Position numbers and translations under genes: made by a program. The notes beneath the pieces are model-generated. The model saw only the letters and a program-made list of their open reading frames with translations, was not told where the DNA came from and ran no database searches. A DNA stretch of 63,979 nt, counting the filler, from Basidiobolus ranarum (taxonomy: Eukaryota), in assembly GCA_040143965.1 (NCBI GenBank). It is 4 parts of 4 records of this genome, joined end to end, with 100 filler letters (N's around TTAATTAATTAA, not from the genome) between each part and the next. Parts side by side here need not be neighbours in the genome. Positions count along the whole stretch, not along the records: positions 16,209 to 32,269 come from JASJQH010007230.1; positions 32,370 to 48,409 come from JASJQH010007231.1; 2 more parts are not named here. One strand, given 5' to 3'. Positions 25,842-40,000 of the stretch are shown here, piece after piece. Position 1 is the first letter of the stretch. Each line of letters starts with the position of its first letter.

Positions 25842-28607
25842 TGTAGGTGAATGAAACGAGTGTGACAGGAACAGTGTCCGCGTGTAAAAAGCGACAGAAA
25901 ACGTGAAATTGAGTTGATGAAAATAGCTTGCTCCGATTCACTCATCTTTATATAGGGAAGAGCCTCTTCATGGCAACAGATACAGATCATTCATAAATTG
26001 TAATACAATGATCATGAAGGGAACAGGATCAGGAACTGCTTCTAAGAAAAGATTGGCTACGAGCAAACTAGCCAATACCGACGGATCACATTCCAGACTG
26101 GGCAGAATAGATGGCGCACAGATTTTCATTGGCCACAAGAAGAAAATAATCGAAAGAATTAAATCGACACAATAAAATTATATTAGGAAGTTTCAACTAA
26201 TCCTCAGGATTCCCTTCAGCGAATGCCTTCACTTCCATACGATAAAAATACTGTCGTATTGTAAATGCTGCGATTGATATAATAGATGCCCCTTATTGGT
26301 GGGTGCTATATCACCTCATTACCACGCTGGGGATCAAGTGATCCGAAACTAGAGATTCTTATTTCTTTCGGTCAATGACCTTGGATTGGAGGAGAGGCCG
26401 ACCTCCATGTGTCCTTTTAGTTTAATGATTGGATGTGGTGAGTCAGAGGCCACATGCCCAATGGTTGGACTTAATTCACAGATTTGTTTGGTCACATCAT
26501 CGATGGAGTGATCAAGTGCTTATTGAAAGTTAGTTTTGTAGAGAAAGAAATGGAAGTGCTATATATAGTTTCTGTATTTTACTTTGATTCTTTAGGTGAC
26601 ATAGAGTGGTTGGTGAGTGGTGAGCAGAGAGTGTTGCTACTAAATTAGAGTGAGCGTGAGCGTGAGAGTGTTGGTGCTGAGATACCATTCACATCTTGGG
26701 GAGAATAATCGTTTCAAAAGCCCGAACTAGGAATGCCACTCACAATTAGTATTGTTCAATCAAACGCTATTCAGAAGAACCATTTTTTGGTTTGATCGGT
26801 GTTGTCATTACTGAAAGTGAGCTCAAAGGCACCCCTCGATCGTTCCAGATGTCATTGTGAGGTATATTGACTTTCTGACAGTATTGATTGCGGTGGTTTC
26901 TTTATGTCTCGTCCAAGTGGAATTTGTGTAGGTTTACTGTTGATTTATGAGCTAACTAGTCCAGCCTCGTTTCGTGCCAACAACCTATGTAATCTGATTA
27001 CTTCTTCACTGGACTTCTAAGGCAAGCTTTGAAACCAAACCATAGCTATATATCCTAATAAGTGAATTATATACGAGCCTCCTTATTCACCCTTCAACTG
27101 TGTCTATTTTGACCTGGGAGGTTTTAGTTATATAATCTAGTCGTAGCTAGAGATCAGGTGATCCATGATGCGGTAACAACTTAGCTAGAGATGGACAATG
27201 CTAGTTTAGGATCACTGTATAAACCATTCTACGTAATTTTGAGACCATTCAAGAACCACACCAAGAAAACACCACGGAGTTGGATCTCCTGTAAATAAGG
27301 AGAATCGTCGATTTTGTAACGATCTGATGAATATTGACTAGTCTGCATTTTGTGGACAGACAGAAGCTATGGTCATGAGGTTGCTGTTCTATTCTCACCT
27401 TGATCATATCGCTAGTAATTAAAATATTCCAACTACAGTGGCCTCATATTTAAATATCTATGTATTATCGCTAATATATACCGAACAGGTTCGTAGCAAA
27501 AGAGAGCGAAGACAGTTCTCTAGAAATAGACTTAATACCTGGTACTCTTAACTGTTTCACTTTGTGAACACACGAAGAGGTCAAAGTCTTGTGTATGCCT
27601 CAATATCCAGTTTTGCCATGGCTCTGGGAAAGTCCAAACCACCTCACATGATAAACTTGAGCCATCTTGAAGTTGCGAAATGTTGCTCAACTCTAGTAAC
27701 TGAACTCCCTCATGAAAGCGATGCGAATCTGAAAATTGAAAATCCTGTTGCACAATGGAATTCGTACCACAAACAACACTGTAGGGCGATCTCGAAGATT
27801 AATCCAATAATTATTGCGCATGTTTAAAAAGCCACGATTAATGTTACCAACGAATATAAATCTCGATATAGATATGATCAATATCTGGCCTATATTATGT
27901 TGAACCATTATGGTAACTCGGGGAACTTATCCCAAAAAGTATCACATGAAGAGAACGAGAGGGAATGAAAGAACGGTCTTAATGCTAGTATTAATCCTGC
28001 CTTTCTGGGGCTTCTTCATTTGTACTACTCCATTGAGCTTGAGAGTATTCTACTACCATATTTGGTTGATCCATTACACTATTAGTTCAAGCCACCTTTC
28101 ACTTGTGACCATTTCATTCTGAAATGGCAGGGGCTCGGTCTTTTGGGTTCTCATTAGTTCATATTCGATAAACTCGACCTTGATGATGCTCATCTTAGCC
28201 AACATAGTGCTAGGGTGATGTTAGTGAAGTAATGGAGTCAAACACGTGGCAGATAGGAAGGAGTATGGATATAGGACTATGCCGAAGCCTGAATAAAGTT
28301 CATTTCTCATTGAAGGAGGCCACTGTCCCTCCATAAGGAGGTTGAGCGACTACCTTGTATTTGTGTTTGGTTCAGTAGCAAATAAGACGAAGTGGAGATG
28401 AAACCAGAGTGTCTGAGTAGGTACAACATTACTGTGCCATGGTTAATCCATGCAGTACTTTTTTAAGAATATCTCGTTTTTTGGTTGAACAGTAACAAAG
28501 TCGTTTGGGACTAAAAATGCGGTTATGGTATGTTACATTGTGATAAGTAATTTGACATTCAATGATTGAACTGTAACAAGGTGAGAGTATATTTGACTCT
28601 AATTTAC

Positions 28608-28680
28608 AATTAGGCCATTTCCATCCACATTACGTGCATAAAATAATAATTAGGCCATTTGAATGGGCATTACGTGCATA
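28608..28680. repeat. Two 40-bp-spaced copies of AATTAGGCCATTT-N7-CATTACGTGCATA
   Basis: Two identical blocks with a diverged 7-nt centre. Confidence 0.8.
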
Positions 28681-29787
28681 GAAAGTGGGTGGTGCAATAT
28701 CAATCGCTTGTTTCGAGGCATTAAGAGGAAAATAGCGATCATTTAGATCCAGATTTCATCAAATAATCGAATGGAAATTAAGTGACACGGAAAATACGAA
28801 ATTTTAATCTGGACCATCTGTACTACGCACACTGGATTTAGTATCTAGCAACTCCAGTAGCGCTTTGAGTTGAGATCAACCACTGTTTCTTCACACAAGG
28901 CGAAATCAAGTTTGTTGGGTTGCACCATCAAGACCAAGTCAACTTCCAAATTATTCAAGGGGATCTAGGCCCTTGTACTTAACCAAGGAGATAAATCAGA
29001 CATTAATGGACTCTGGTCAGTGCGTTGGTAACTGAAGCAATAGAACCCCCAATAAATCGGGAGATGGTGATGGTTGCTATGGTGGTTGGGGAGAGGTGTA
29101 GGGAGAGATGTAAATAGCAATAAAGATTATCACAACTCATCGTTGATTTCAATCAAACCTAACAAGTAATGTAGAAGAATGCCAATCTTTCCACGATCCA
29201 TGGTTTCCCCAACAGATGGTTGCTAGGTGTCCAAAGTCAAATCAAATATGGCGTTCTTTCATTCAAAACCAAATACGTAGTAAAAAGGGTAACAGATTTT
29301 AATCTCACATTGCTAAATAGTATGCGTGCTTCCTATAGTGTGCCTATGTTCGCAACTGTGACTGTTTGATACCATTCGTAGCTATGGTACATGTCAGGTG
29401 GGGGTTTTGCTTGAACGGTTGACAGGGTATCATAAGATACACTCAAATAACTAATGTGTGATTAAACAATAGACTGGCACTAATTAAAGTTGCAGTATAG
29501 TATATTCACCGTTATGACTAGAAATTGGCCTCAGGATGAAAGAAACATCACTACAGGTCACTATTTCCAGTAGTTGATGAATTTGATAGAACTCCATATA
29601 ATGCCCCATCCGTGTGTCTAGCTCGAATGATTTATTTCGACAATAAAAAATACTGCTTAAAGTTCGCAGTTGCCGTTCCAGTGACCTTTTCCATATCTGA
29701 GAGCCACTTCATTATTGCTATGTAGATCAAGTCTATTGTTGAAATAATATCACACTATCTTCATTGACTAGAATGCCATCTTCTTTC

Positions 29788-29847
29788 ACTGACTTTTCTA
29801 CTAATTTTACTGACTTTCCTACTGATTTTACTGACTTTCCTACTAAT
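29788..29847. repeat. 21-bp minisatellite (~3 units, ACTGACTTTCCTACTAATTTT-like)
   Basis: Tandem units visible directly; they generate the VGKSVK repeats of spurious ORF 29733-29915. Confidence 0.8.
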
Positions 29848-30232
29848 GTATGTGTGGTTGTGCAACAACGGGTTTGATTTACTCTAGCTGTCCTGAGTAA
29901 CTGATACATCTCCAACTGCTAAGCCTCTCCACTAGTAAAATCATTATTAACTTCATGATAGAAATTTGGCAGTAATCCTGGTAGATGGATGTTTCCACTT
30001 ACCATAAAACCTATATTATATTGAAAGTGATGGACTTCAGTTTTTGCACTAGATTAACATTCAAAAACAGACCCAACTAGGATCACGCAAAAGATTAAGA
30101 TTTCTGGGATGGTTTATTATGAATCCTTTGATTGTGGTAAAGAGAGAAAGGACAACAAATGAATGTGTGAATGACATGAAAAAGAATGAGTCAAGAATAA
30201 TTGAAAGATTGAGTGCAATGGTAAGATTACGT

Positions 30233-31688
30233 CTACATGTAATCGAATTTACCACTTTGTCTACCATCTGGAAGCATGTATGGGTTTTCACGTGGAGTTT
30301 TACCAAAGACTGGTTCATCAATACCAAGTTCTTTGTAAATCTTGGATACGGAAGAGTCCCACTCGGCACGGAAGAAGCTAACACCACGTGGTTCAAGATC
30401 GAATGCCTTTCTTACTTCACGAGAATCGATGATACGACTTTCGGGGATTTGCATGTCGATCTTGGCTTGTCCGTTTTCAGGTTGTTCGAGGAGCATAAAT
30501 GTGAATCGATGCTTCTTGGTACCTTTAGCAGGATGGGGTGGAAGATATTCTAGAATAGTGTCACCCTTATTGATCACATTGTCAACCATGTTCAAAGGAA
30601 TGTTGGTCCTATGATAAATAGGATGGTTAGATTTTATGAGGGAATGATGGGATAGCTCTGTACAAGTGCAATAGTTACATTAACCAGTGACATTTCTCCT
30701 GGTAGCTGGCGAACTCTTGGTTAGGATGATCGGGATCAATCATGAGTAAAGTGTAAAGTTTGGTATCTTCATGGAAGTTAGTAACAGCGATTTCGGGCTT
30801 TTCATAAACCTTGAAAGAGGAGAGTTAGGTATTAGAAGTGTTATCGTAGAAGAAGTCAAGAGAAAACTCACCTTTTTGGCTTCCAATATCAATCCAGGTT
30901 CGAAAACACCGGTTTCGGGGTATTTGATTTCCATATCCACTGATGGCTTGGTACTGGTTTCAAGTAAATCAGGAATGACATTCATCTGAGTGATACGCTC
31001 CATCTAAAGTAGATAAGTAAGAAAGTGTATAAAGTGGTGCTAGAGTAAATTCAATTACTAACCAAAGTAGACAAAGGTCCTTGCTTGAATTGAATTTTCT
31101 TCAAGTGTCTATAGATAGGAACCTTCATATCAACTAAAAGGGGAATACTAGGGTGAGTGTGAAGATAATACGGGAATTCTTGTGAGAAGGTTGGTTACTT
31201 TGACCGTTCTTGAAATTCCACAAAGTTTCGGGATCATAAAGAAGTGAGTCAACCTCTAAATCATATTTCTTCTGTGCAAGTACTTCAAGTGTTTGAGTAT
31301 CGTTAGGGCTCTCTAAAGGAGATATATCAGTAATAAGTAACAAAACGGTTGAGGGTGAGAATGGATCCTACCTTGCTTCAACTTTTCGATTTGCGCTTCA
31401 ACGGCTTTAACTTGTTCAAAAGTTTCGTTTTTGTGAGCTTCAAGGACTTTGATAGCCTCGTCAAAGGCAGGGCTAACGCCAAGTTGAGGTGCGGTGTATT
31501 TTAAACCAGCCTCGGTAGCTAAACCACGTACACCGACCAATGTTGGCTAAAATAAAACCAACCAAGTGAATATTTTGTACCCCAGATAAAAGAAACACTG
31601 CATAAAACAATAAATTTAAGGGTTTACTTACTACAAGTGTAGTGTTAGTAAGGGAACGGAAAGATTTTACTCCTCTAACGGCAAACAT
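30233..31688 (-). CDS. MRPL35: Mitochondrial ribosomal protein mL38 (PEBP domain; yeast Mrpl35)
   Basis: LGVSPAFDEA, MERITQMNVIPD, IDPDHP, YLPPHPAKGTKKHRF, FFRAEWD; multi-exon. Confidence 0.9.
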
Positions 31689-32063
31689 GTTCTCTAATAC
31701 TTCTTGAGTTAGGACAAGTCAACTAACAAATTTTCCACACGTTTATGAAAACTCAAAAATTTTCCCGATTTAGATTTCACTAGATTTCTTTCCTTCCTCT
31801 AATTATTTACATGTCAAAAATTGAGTGATTTTTCGAGATTTTTGTTAAAATCACTTTTGATCAACTAACTAATTTAATATCGATTTGTACAATATATATG
31901 AGTTTGCTTGCAATTTAATTGATTTTATTACTAACACTACACAACACAGCATTAATTCTTGTAATTTATACGAAATATTACTAATGCCGAATAATTAATT
32001 CGGAAAATGTTTGAAATGCAAACATTAATCAACGGATATGATGTAAAGTATACACGTTAACGC

Positions 32064-32269
32064 TTAGAACTCAATCAAAGGTGTCTCCTCGGCTGTTGGT
32101 GCTGGCTCTGACTTAGGCTGGCTGGGGGCTACTTGTGAATTTTGTCCGGCCAGTTGAGGTTGAAGTGGTGGTGGAAGCTGTTGTTGTGGAGCCTGCTGTA
32201 ATGGTGGTTGTGAGGCTGCGGGTACTTGGAAAGCAGGAGCAATAGGTTGTTGATGTGTTGATTGTTGAT
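32064..32269 (-). CDS. VPS27: Q/P-rich 3' end of a gene ending in a clathrin box (EETPLIEF*); likely Vps27/Hrs
   Basis: Open Q/P-rich frame truncated by the linker; a terminal LIE(L/F) is characteristic of Vps27/Hrs; no upstream domains visible. Confidence 0.5.
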
Positions 32270-32369
32270 NNNNNNNNNNNNNNNNNNNNNNNNNNNNNNN
32301 NNNNNNNNNNNNNTTAATTAATTAANNNNNNNNNNNNNNNNNNNNNNNNNNNNNNNNNNNNNNNNNNNN
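32270..32369. other. Artificial contig linker
   Basis: N runs flanking TTAATTAATTAA. Confidence 0.97.
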
Positions 32370-32736
32370 TTGATGAGTGGGGTTCTTTCGTATATTTTAT
32401 TTCCTTCAAACATTCACAACCGCAGCCTTTTTCACATTTTTTCGTTTTGATAATAATAACCATACGCGACTCTTAGCGACGACTTCATTAGGAGCGAAAA
32501 TTCTCATGCGGAAAAGTCTGGGGACGGGCTCCTTCTCGGAAGGGAGCTTACGGCCAATAATTTGGTATTCGTGGAGCTAAGAAATTGAGTAGTTAGCACG
32601 CAGTCAATGGATATAGGTCATGATACAATGGATGTATGGTCTCGATTGATAGATGCTTTCTTAAGCAACACCCTTCAAACGATGCATTTAGCCTTGTCAT
32701 TTACATAATATTGAGATCAACACTTACTCTACCCAT
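32370..32736 (-). CDS. RPL20: 5' part of 60S ribosomal protein eL20 (L18a), truncated by the linker inside intron 2
   Basis: ATG GGT AGA (32736-32728), intron 32727-32578, then [37 protein letters not shown]. Confidence 0.93.
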
Positions 32737-33589
32737 GATACTACAAGATCTACACACGTAAAGGAAGAGGGGCAAAATTGAAGCCTCTGCACCTCTTTTA
32801 ATCGTCCATCTTCTTCTTCCTCAAAATCCCCTACCTGATTGGCTTTCCAGAATTTTTTTCTATCACTCATTCACTTTTTTTCTTCCATAATGAATACTTA
32901 CATTTCCCATATTCCCGATTTAATATTTTCCTTTTTTCTGATTTCCTTAGTTATAAGCTCATTAGATATTGAATATCGAGAGTTAGCAGTAAACTTTTAT
33001 TTTATTACTGAGTAAATTTTGGTTTATTCTACTGCTCATTAGACGATTCCTTTTGTTTGAGTGACTTTTCTTTTAAACTATATTTAGTTGCAAAGTGGAG
33101 TCAGTTTAGTACTTTAATTATCTGCCATATTGTGGTGATAATTTCTTGTGATTCACACCAGTTGCTGTACCTTTTCGGATTAGATAATGGTTGGAACTTT
33201 GCTTGTGGATGTATGAATGGTATACCTTGTACTTGTTTCAGTATCAAGTAAGTAACGCTATATTTATCAAGACACTTCATAAGTATTTCTGATATGGCAA
33301 AACACATACACAAGTGAATGAGAGTCAGAGTTAAGGATAATGTATTCCTAAGCTTATGTTGTGGTTATTTGTAATTGAGAAAGTGCGGTGATGGTTGACT
33401 CGATTCCATTTTCTTTATTTTGTACAATACAGGCAATATGAATTTGATAAAAATATTCGAACAAAGATAAGAGTAAGTTAAAAAAAAACCAGAAAACACC
33501 AACAAGAGATTAAGTGAGACAAAGTTATGTATGGGTCTTTTCTTCTACAGGAAAGTAATAAAACAGACAGGAAATGAGTTCAAGTCATA

Positions 33590-35089
33590 TTAACGGAATC
33601 GATAATTGAACATGGGGAAAGGTTTGTTTTGCAAAACTGCTTCAATCTCATTCATGATTTCTTCGGTAAGTTTCGGCAATATTAAGAGTGCTTTAACGTT
33701 ATCTGTAACTTGTTCAGGATTAGAGGCACCAAAGATAGCACTTGAAACTTGGGAGTTTTTAACTGTCCATGCTAAAGCCAACTGCGCAATGGTACATCCT
33801 AATTTTTCTGCTATGGGCTTTGTAAAGATAGGTGATTAGTTCGTTACTGAAGATAATGGCGTATCACGATTGTTTATCTTACCTGAAGTTCTTTGACTTT
33901 ATCGATCTTTGCTTGACCTTCAGGAGTTGCTAACGAATCTCGAATTCTGCTTAATGCCATATTTTCATAACCAGATAAGCGTGATCCCTCAGGGATTCCA
34001 TTGTTATATTTTCCAGTCAAAATACCGACGGCAAGTGGCGACCAAATAGTTGTACCTGATACAAGCTCTATTAACACAATAATCAATGTGCGTTATAAAA
34101 TTACAATACACACTTACCCATCTTAAGTGTCTCGAACAATGGTTGATATTCGGCCTCAATACGTTCTCGATGGAACATATTATATTGAGTTTGCTCAAGC
34201 TAAAGTACATCCATAACATTCTCAATATCTTTACGTAACTAATAGCTTTAGGCAAAATAGGTTAAGCTCTTACCACAGGTCCAATCAATCCAAGGCGTTG
34301 AGATACCATATGGGCTTCAGTGATTTTTTGAGATCCCCATTCACTTGTTCCTAGGTTAAATATCGACATGAATATCTTGCTCTTTCTGTAAAATATACTC
34401 ATGTATTACACTTACCCCAATATAGAGCCTTTCCTTGGTGAATGACGTGGTTAAACGCTCTCACAATCTCTTCCATTGGAGTATCAGGGTCAGGTCTGTG
34501 TGCAAGTACAAGATCCACATATTCTAGCTGTAATCTTTGTAAACTGGCATTTAATCCCTCTACAATATGCTTCCTTGAAAGACCACGATCGTTAGGGCCT
34601 GTAGTTCCATTTGACGTTAGAGTGAGTTAAGGATAAGGAATTGGAAAGTGTAAACGATCCAACTTTCAAAAATAAACTCCATTTACCGTCACCACCCCAA
34701 AAAATCTTGGTACTGATTACAAAGTCTGGACGTCTCCAGCCTGCAGTTTTAATCACTTGTCCAATAGCTAGTTCTGCTCTTCCACCCCCGTAGACTTCAG
34801 CAGTATCAAAGTAATTTATTCCTAGTTTGAAAGCGGTGGTCATACAGGAGTAACAAACATCTAAGATCAAAGGGAATAAATCAATAGCTGAAATCTAGTT
34901 CTAGGACCAGCTTTAGAAAAGTGATTGTTATCTAACCTTGTGATACTTGGCCACCATATGTTAGCCTATAATTTAGTAGTAAGTAAAAACCTACACTTTT
35001 TAGGAATATAGAGAAAAAGAAGCTAACCAACTTCCAAGGCCAAGAACGGATACTTTTAACCCAGTGTTTCCCAATTTACGATACTCCAT
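33590..35089 (-). CDS. Aldo-keto reductase, Kv-beta (AKR6)-like
   Basis: [64 protein letters not shown]. Confidence 0.92.
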
Positions 35090-35585
35090 GAATGTATATA
35101 CGCGTAAACACTAACCGTAGCCGTAGTAGACAAGCTTATTTCTAGAGCCCTTATAGTCCATCACTAAGAGAGATTGCAGGCAGATTCCCAAATCTCTTCC
35201 GGGATTTAATTGGATAAACAACAACCAACGGTGAATTCATCATTTGACGAGATATGGTGCGAGCCTGGTAGTCGTGATTTCAGTTTAGCTGCTTTTGGGC
35301 TATCAAACCTCAATGCTGTGCAATTCTATTGTGCTTTCTTGGTCCGGAAATATATTTAGCCAGATATGCCATAATCATCAAAATGAATCGGCAATTGCAA
35401 AATGAGCTCGGAAACACTGGACCGGTCTAAAGATTGTGACTTGTCAACAGCGACTTCCTTATGAGGTCATCACTTGATTGTGTGATATTGTGTGCTTATG
35501 GGCGATTGTTATACAAATATCATTCTTAGTCATCGTTTCTGATTTCATTTTAAATCCATCAAGCATTTACTACTTTGGCTCAAAG

Positions 35586-36623
35586 ATGGTTTCCAATAGA
35601 AATAAAACCAGTGGAAGTTTAAGTTTATTCGAGGAAGACTCAGAAGGAGGTTCTGACTATCATGATAGATACGACCGAGTCTCGAACTCGCCTATTCTTC
35701 AAAAAATCCTTGCAAAATGGAAACTGTTACTATCCATTTTTGTGCTAAACTGCTTACTGATAACCTCGTTGGTGTTACTCTCCCATTATAAAGATGCTTT
35801 AATCCCTAAACTGGAACAATTAAGTCAATGGATTAGGGACCGTGGTTTCCTGTAAGTCTCCCTTTTCTTATTGCTTCTTAAAGACGTAATGATTGATGCT
35901 TTATATAGTGGCGGTTTTGTTTTGACTCTGATGATCGCTTGCACCGGTTTCCCACCTATATTTGGTCTAACTACATTGACTACGTTTTCCGGTTTCGTAT
36001 ACGGCTTTCCACTTGGATTTTTACCTGCATTTTTTGGTGCTTTACTTGGAGGTACAGGTTGCTTCATGTTATGTCGTAAGTATGGACATACATATGTTCG
36101 TAAAGTACTCACTGCACATCACGTACTGGCTAGAATTACTCAAGCTATTGAGAAAAAGGGGTTCAAAGTAAGTGTTTACTTTGAAGATAACGAAGTAATT
36201 TTTTCAAGTCATCTTTTGGTTTAACCATTTCTCTCTCTCTCTTCCGTTTAGTTGTTTTTGTTAATACGTTTTGCTCCTTACCCATATAATGTCTTAAACG
36301 TTACATTGGCTGGTACTAAGATCCCACTCACACAATTCTTCATAGTCACTGGAATCTCTTTATTCAAATTATTACCCCAAATCTATATCGGTTCTCAGTT
36401 GATCAATTTCGCCGATTCTATCACTGAACATCCTTCTCCTTTAAAAATCATCGGTGTAATAGTAGTGGCAAGTCTGGGAGTAGGCTTATTAGTGTATCTT
36501 TATTGGCTATCAAAGAGATTGGTAGATGAGGTTGTTTACGAGGAAGAGGAACAAGATGGCTTGGTTCAACATGATCAGGATTCTGTGTGGGCCTTAGAGA
36601 GTCGATCAAGTGATGAGGTTTGA
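35586..36623 (+). CDS. TVP38: Tvp38/TMEM64 (DedA/VTT) Golgi membrane protein
   Basis: FPPIFG...SGFVYGFPLGF, LIRFAPYPYNVLN; two introns. Confidence 0.88.
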
Positions 36624-37006
36624 GTGAGATATCCTTTCATCGGAAACTCGGCTAATCATTCTTTGTGATTCTGCATCCTCGACATTTCGCTTCTTGGCTT
36701 ATGCTTGACATGTTCCATAACCTGTTCTCTTCAACAATGCTTCGCCAATCACCTGATGAATACCAGACATCAATACTTTCTGTTTAGTGTCAATAGAGAA
36801 TACCTTTCATATAGGTGCTAAAGTAAAATAAAGAGGTACATCTTAATCAAAGTGAAAGAGTAGTTGATTATAGAATCAGTAATAACGAGTTTTCCGAAAT
36901 ATGGTGAGTATTTGATAGGGCTGATTCTATGGATTCGGAGGAAGGACTGAGGGTGGAGGTGGGGAAACGATAATGTAGTGCAGTAGTAATGGGGTTCGGT
37001 CAACCA

Positions 37007-40000
37007 TCAATACTCCTTTCTAGACCATCCGGATACACATCCTCGGTCTTTTATCAATTCCACCGTTGGCCTATGAAGGAAGGTGAAGCAAGGTGAGTAA
37101 AAGGTCAAAAAACCCATGGTAATAATTCATTTACCAATAATGGTAATTCGTTTTTAACGTCAAGATCTCCGGATGGCCTTCCAGGCTCACAAGCCTAATT
37201 CGTACGTAAGTATTATCGGGAGAGTCTCCAAGTACCTTCAATAGGGAGTCCAGATCGGAGGTCTCAAAACCGTTCACGTGTGTAATGAATTTCGTGGGTG
37301 CCTTTATGTAAATACACCCACTTAATTAGTTGTGTCTAACATACCCAAAACATTTGTCACGCCTTACCAATCCATAATTGTTAGCTGGTGAACCGAAGTT
37401 GCAAGAGGATACATAAACCTGAGAAGGTAGGTTTTCAACTTGTTGTAGTACTGCCTTATATGGCTCTATAACATGGAATGCAGGTAAGAAGCCAATTTCC
37501 AGAATAATGAATTGATGCTTTATAATCTCATTTCACAACCTTGAAGTACAGCTCCACACCATCTTACCACTCTAATGGTACCTTCTCCAGAACAAGGTAC
37601 GGTTGGAACCGAAATGACCAATTCTTTAGAGTCTCTCAGCACAGTCTAATTAGAACGGGTTAGCTAGAAGAAACGAGTGGCTCAAGTGGTCATAGTGGTA
37701 CTTGCCATCTCGAATTCAGATTGATAATACTGAATATCCATGTCTATCAGCTTTGTACAAGGTCGTCCGTCAACCGCTAAGATTATGTCCAATTCTTTCA
37801 GCACCCCTTGACAAGGGCTACCTGCTTCAACTCTATATATCTGATAGACATCCAAACAAGCTGGGTTGGTTTCTTTAAATTGTTTGATCCAGAAAAAGGA
37901 TAATCCAACATCTTTCGCCTCATCAAAAGACAACGAAGTCAACTCAATATTAAGCATCCTGATTGTCGGTTGTTTCCCGTCTCTTAAATCGTTTAGAGCT
38001 GGAAGTATAATGTCGATAGGTAGCCCAAGCTGAATTTCTTTTTCGTTACCGTTTTCGTCGGTTGATCCAAAGTAATTCAAGAATAATGCTTGAACTTGTC
38101 CTTGACCATCCACAATGACACCATTATCACAAGTATATGGAACGGTTGATCCCAGAGTGATCGCATCAAAATTCACGCTTCTAAAGACGGCAAAGATTAT
38201 ATTTCCTCTCTATATATTGGATCTTTTGAAGAATCGATACTTACTTGAAACGAGGCGGATTGTTTTCAACAAATCCATAGTTTTTCACGTAAGAAATCAT
38301 CGTTTTGGTCAACACGGGGAAGTCCGAATTGTTGAATCCAAAGAAATACGCATCTTGGCCTATTCTTAAAGCAATGAATTCAGGTCGTTCAGATACACTG
38401 GGTAACAGATGGAAATCATACCGTCCTCCAATTTGGTGGCACTGGTTTTGACGTCTCTCACTATATCGTTATCAACCAAGTTTGTGTCATAAGAAATGAA
38501 AACAAAGTTATGTCCAGGATGGAAATAGACAATATTCCCTGGAATTTTGATGGAATCGGCAATTATGATGGTTAAATCTCCCATGGAAACCGGGACAAGC
38601 GAACGGCTGACGATGATGATACCCTTGGCAGAATCGACGATTACGCCATAGCCCTCCGTCTAAATTAAATCTATGGCTTTAATATTCGCTACAGCATACG
38701 AATCACAACCATTACATACATTAACAAGTCGAAAGCCATCCAATGTCAAAGGCATGTAGTACTTAATTTTGACAAATGAGCGCACAAGATCCATTTCGGA
38801 TCCAAGCGTGTCACTTGGCAACATGTCTGCAGTTATGCGGCGACGAAGTTCTGGAACTGGGGGTGGACCTAGATCAGTAAAGTTCCAATATCCTGAGGAA
38901 TCTACAAATACATTCAGAGTTATGGTGGATGCTAGAGTGATCTTTGGAATGGAAAGTGAACGAACCATCCTTGATCGCAATTTTAAAGGGGGACCAGTGG
39001 CGCTCCATTCGAACGATCTTTAATCTGACGTCTCTTGGATTTGAGGCATATTGGTATTTGACCGGGAAGTGTTCACCATCTGGGATTCGTTTCATAACGT
39101 CCACAAATGTATCAAGGTTGGGAGTTGGCTGATTATTTGCCGAGCGAATTACAGTCCCACTTCCAAACCACATGCCATAGCCGCCCGCGACATAAACACC
39201 TCCAACAGGGATTTTATAACTCATAGCAATTTGATAAGATAGCTCGTTGAAGATTCCACCGCCAATAGTTACATATCGATCTGGAGTACTTTTATGCAAA
39301 ATCAATATGTAGAAAAGTTGAAATACATTCATTAGTCCTAACTGAAATTCTTACATAGAGTGTAGATCTTGTACGACAATGTCGAAGTGGAGAACTTCAC
39401 CGCCACGCTCGATCGTAAACTTGACGCTTCGACCTACCGAAGTATCAATAACCTCTTCCAATCGAGAAAATTCAATCGTACAGCTTCCATTGAGTTTCAC
39501 TAGAATATCTCCTTCCTCTAATAACCCATGAGCGGGTCCATTAGGGACAACGGAAGCAACCACAAGCATCCCTCTACTGTCAGGGAAGGTGCTTCTAATA
39601 TCCTCCTCCGTATCAGGAAGCAAACCCAACCTGCGGGTTTCATTAAAGGGTTCATACCTACATATAAAGATATCCATAAGCATCAGACTCGTTTTTCTAG
39701 ACTAATACGCAGCGATGGGTGATACCGACATGAATTTAACTTGAATAGTGCCCCTAGTGATTGATTCTCCATTTTGGATACATTTCAAAGCTCGAATTAC
39801 CCGATCCAACGGAAGATAATAGTTACTGGCCGCTTCATCACTTCCAGCTACATGGCATCATGGATGCTCATTAGATACGCCATAAGAACATAATGTAAAT
39901 CGAGTGTTAAGAATTTAGTTCACCTGATTGAAGTGCGACCGCCTTCCCCTCAACATCGATCACTGGACTACCAGAGCTACCGCCACTAGCGCTAGAAGCA

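Noticed and set aside
22562-29915. Short ORFs in the gene-poor interval other than 25431-25841
   Set aside because: No recognisable motifs, many start at non-ATG codons, no coherent exon structure; 29733-29915 is a minisatellite by-product
32765-32870. Upstream ATG exon (MSDRKKFWKANQ) and a 13-bp hairpin as RPL20 exon 1 or an intronic snoRNA
   Set aside because: ATG GGT AGA at 32736 with a GTAAGT donor gives the canonical MGRL start; the hairpin overlaps a pyrimidine-rich TSS-like tract and lacks H/ACA or C/D boxes
9603-34685. Possible U12-type introns (GTATCCAT donor in SCFD2 near 9677; TCCTTAAC in an AKR intron near 34630)
   Set aside because: Neither intron has both the U12 donor and the U12 branch site; both fit U2-type splicing
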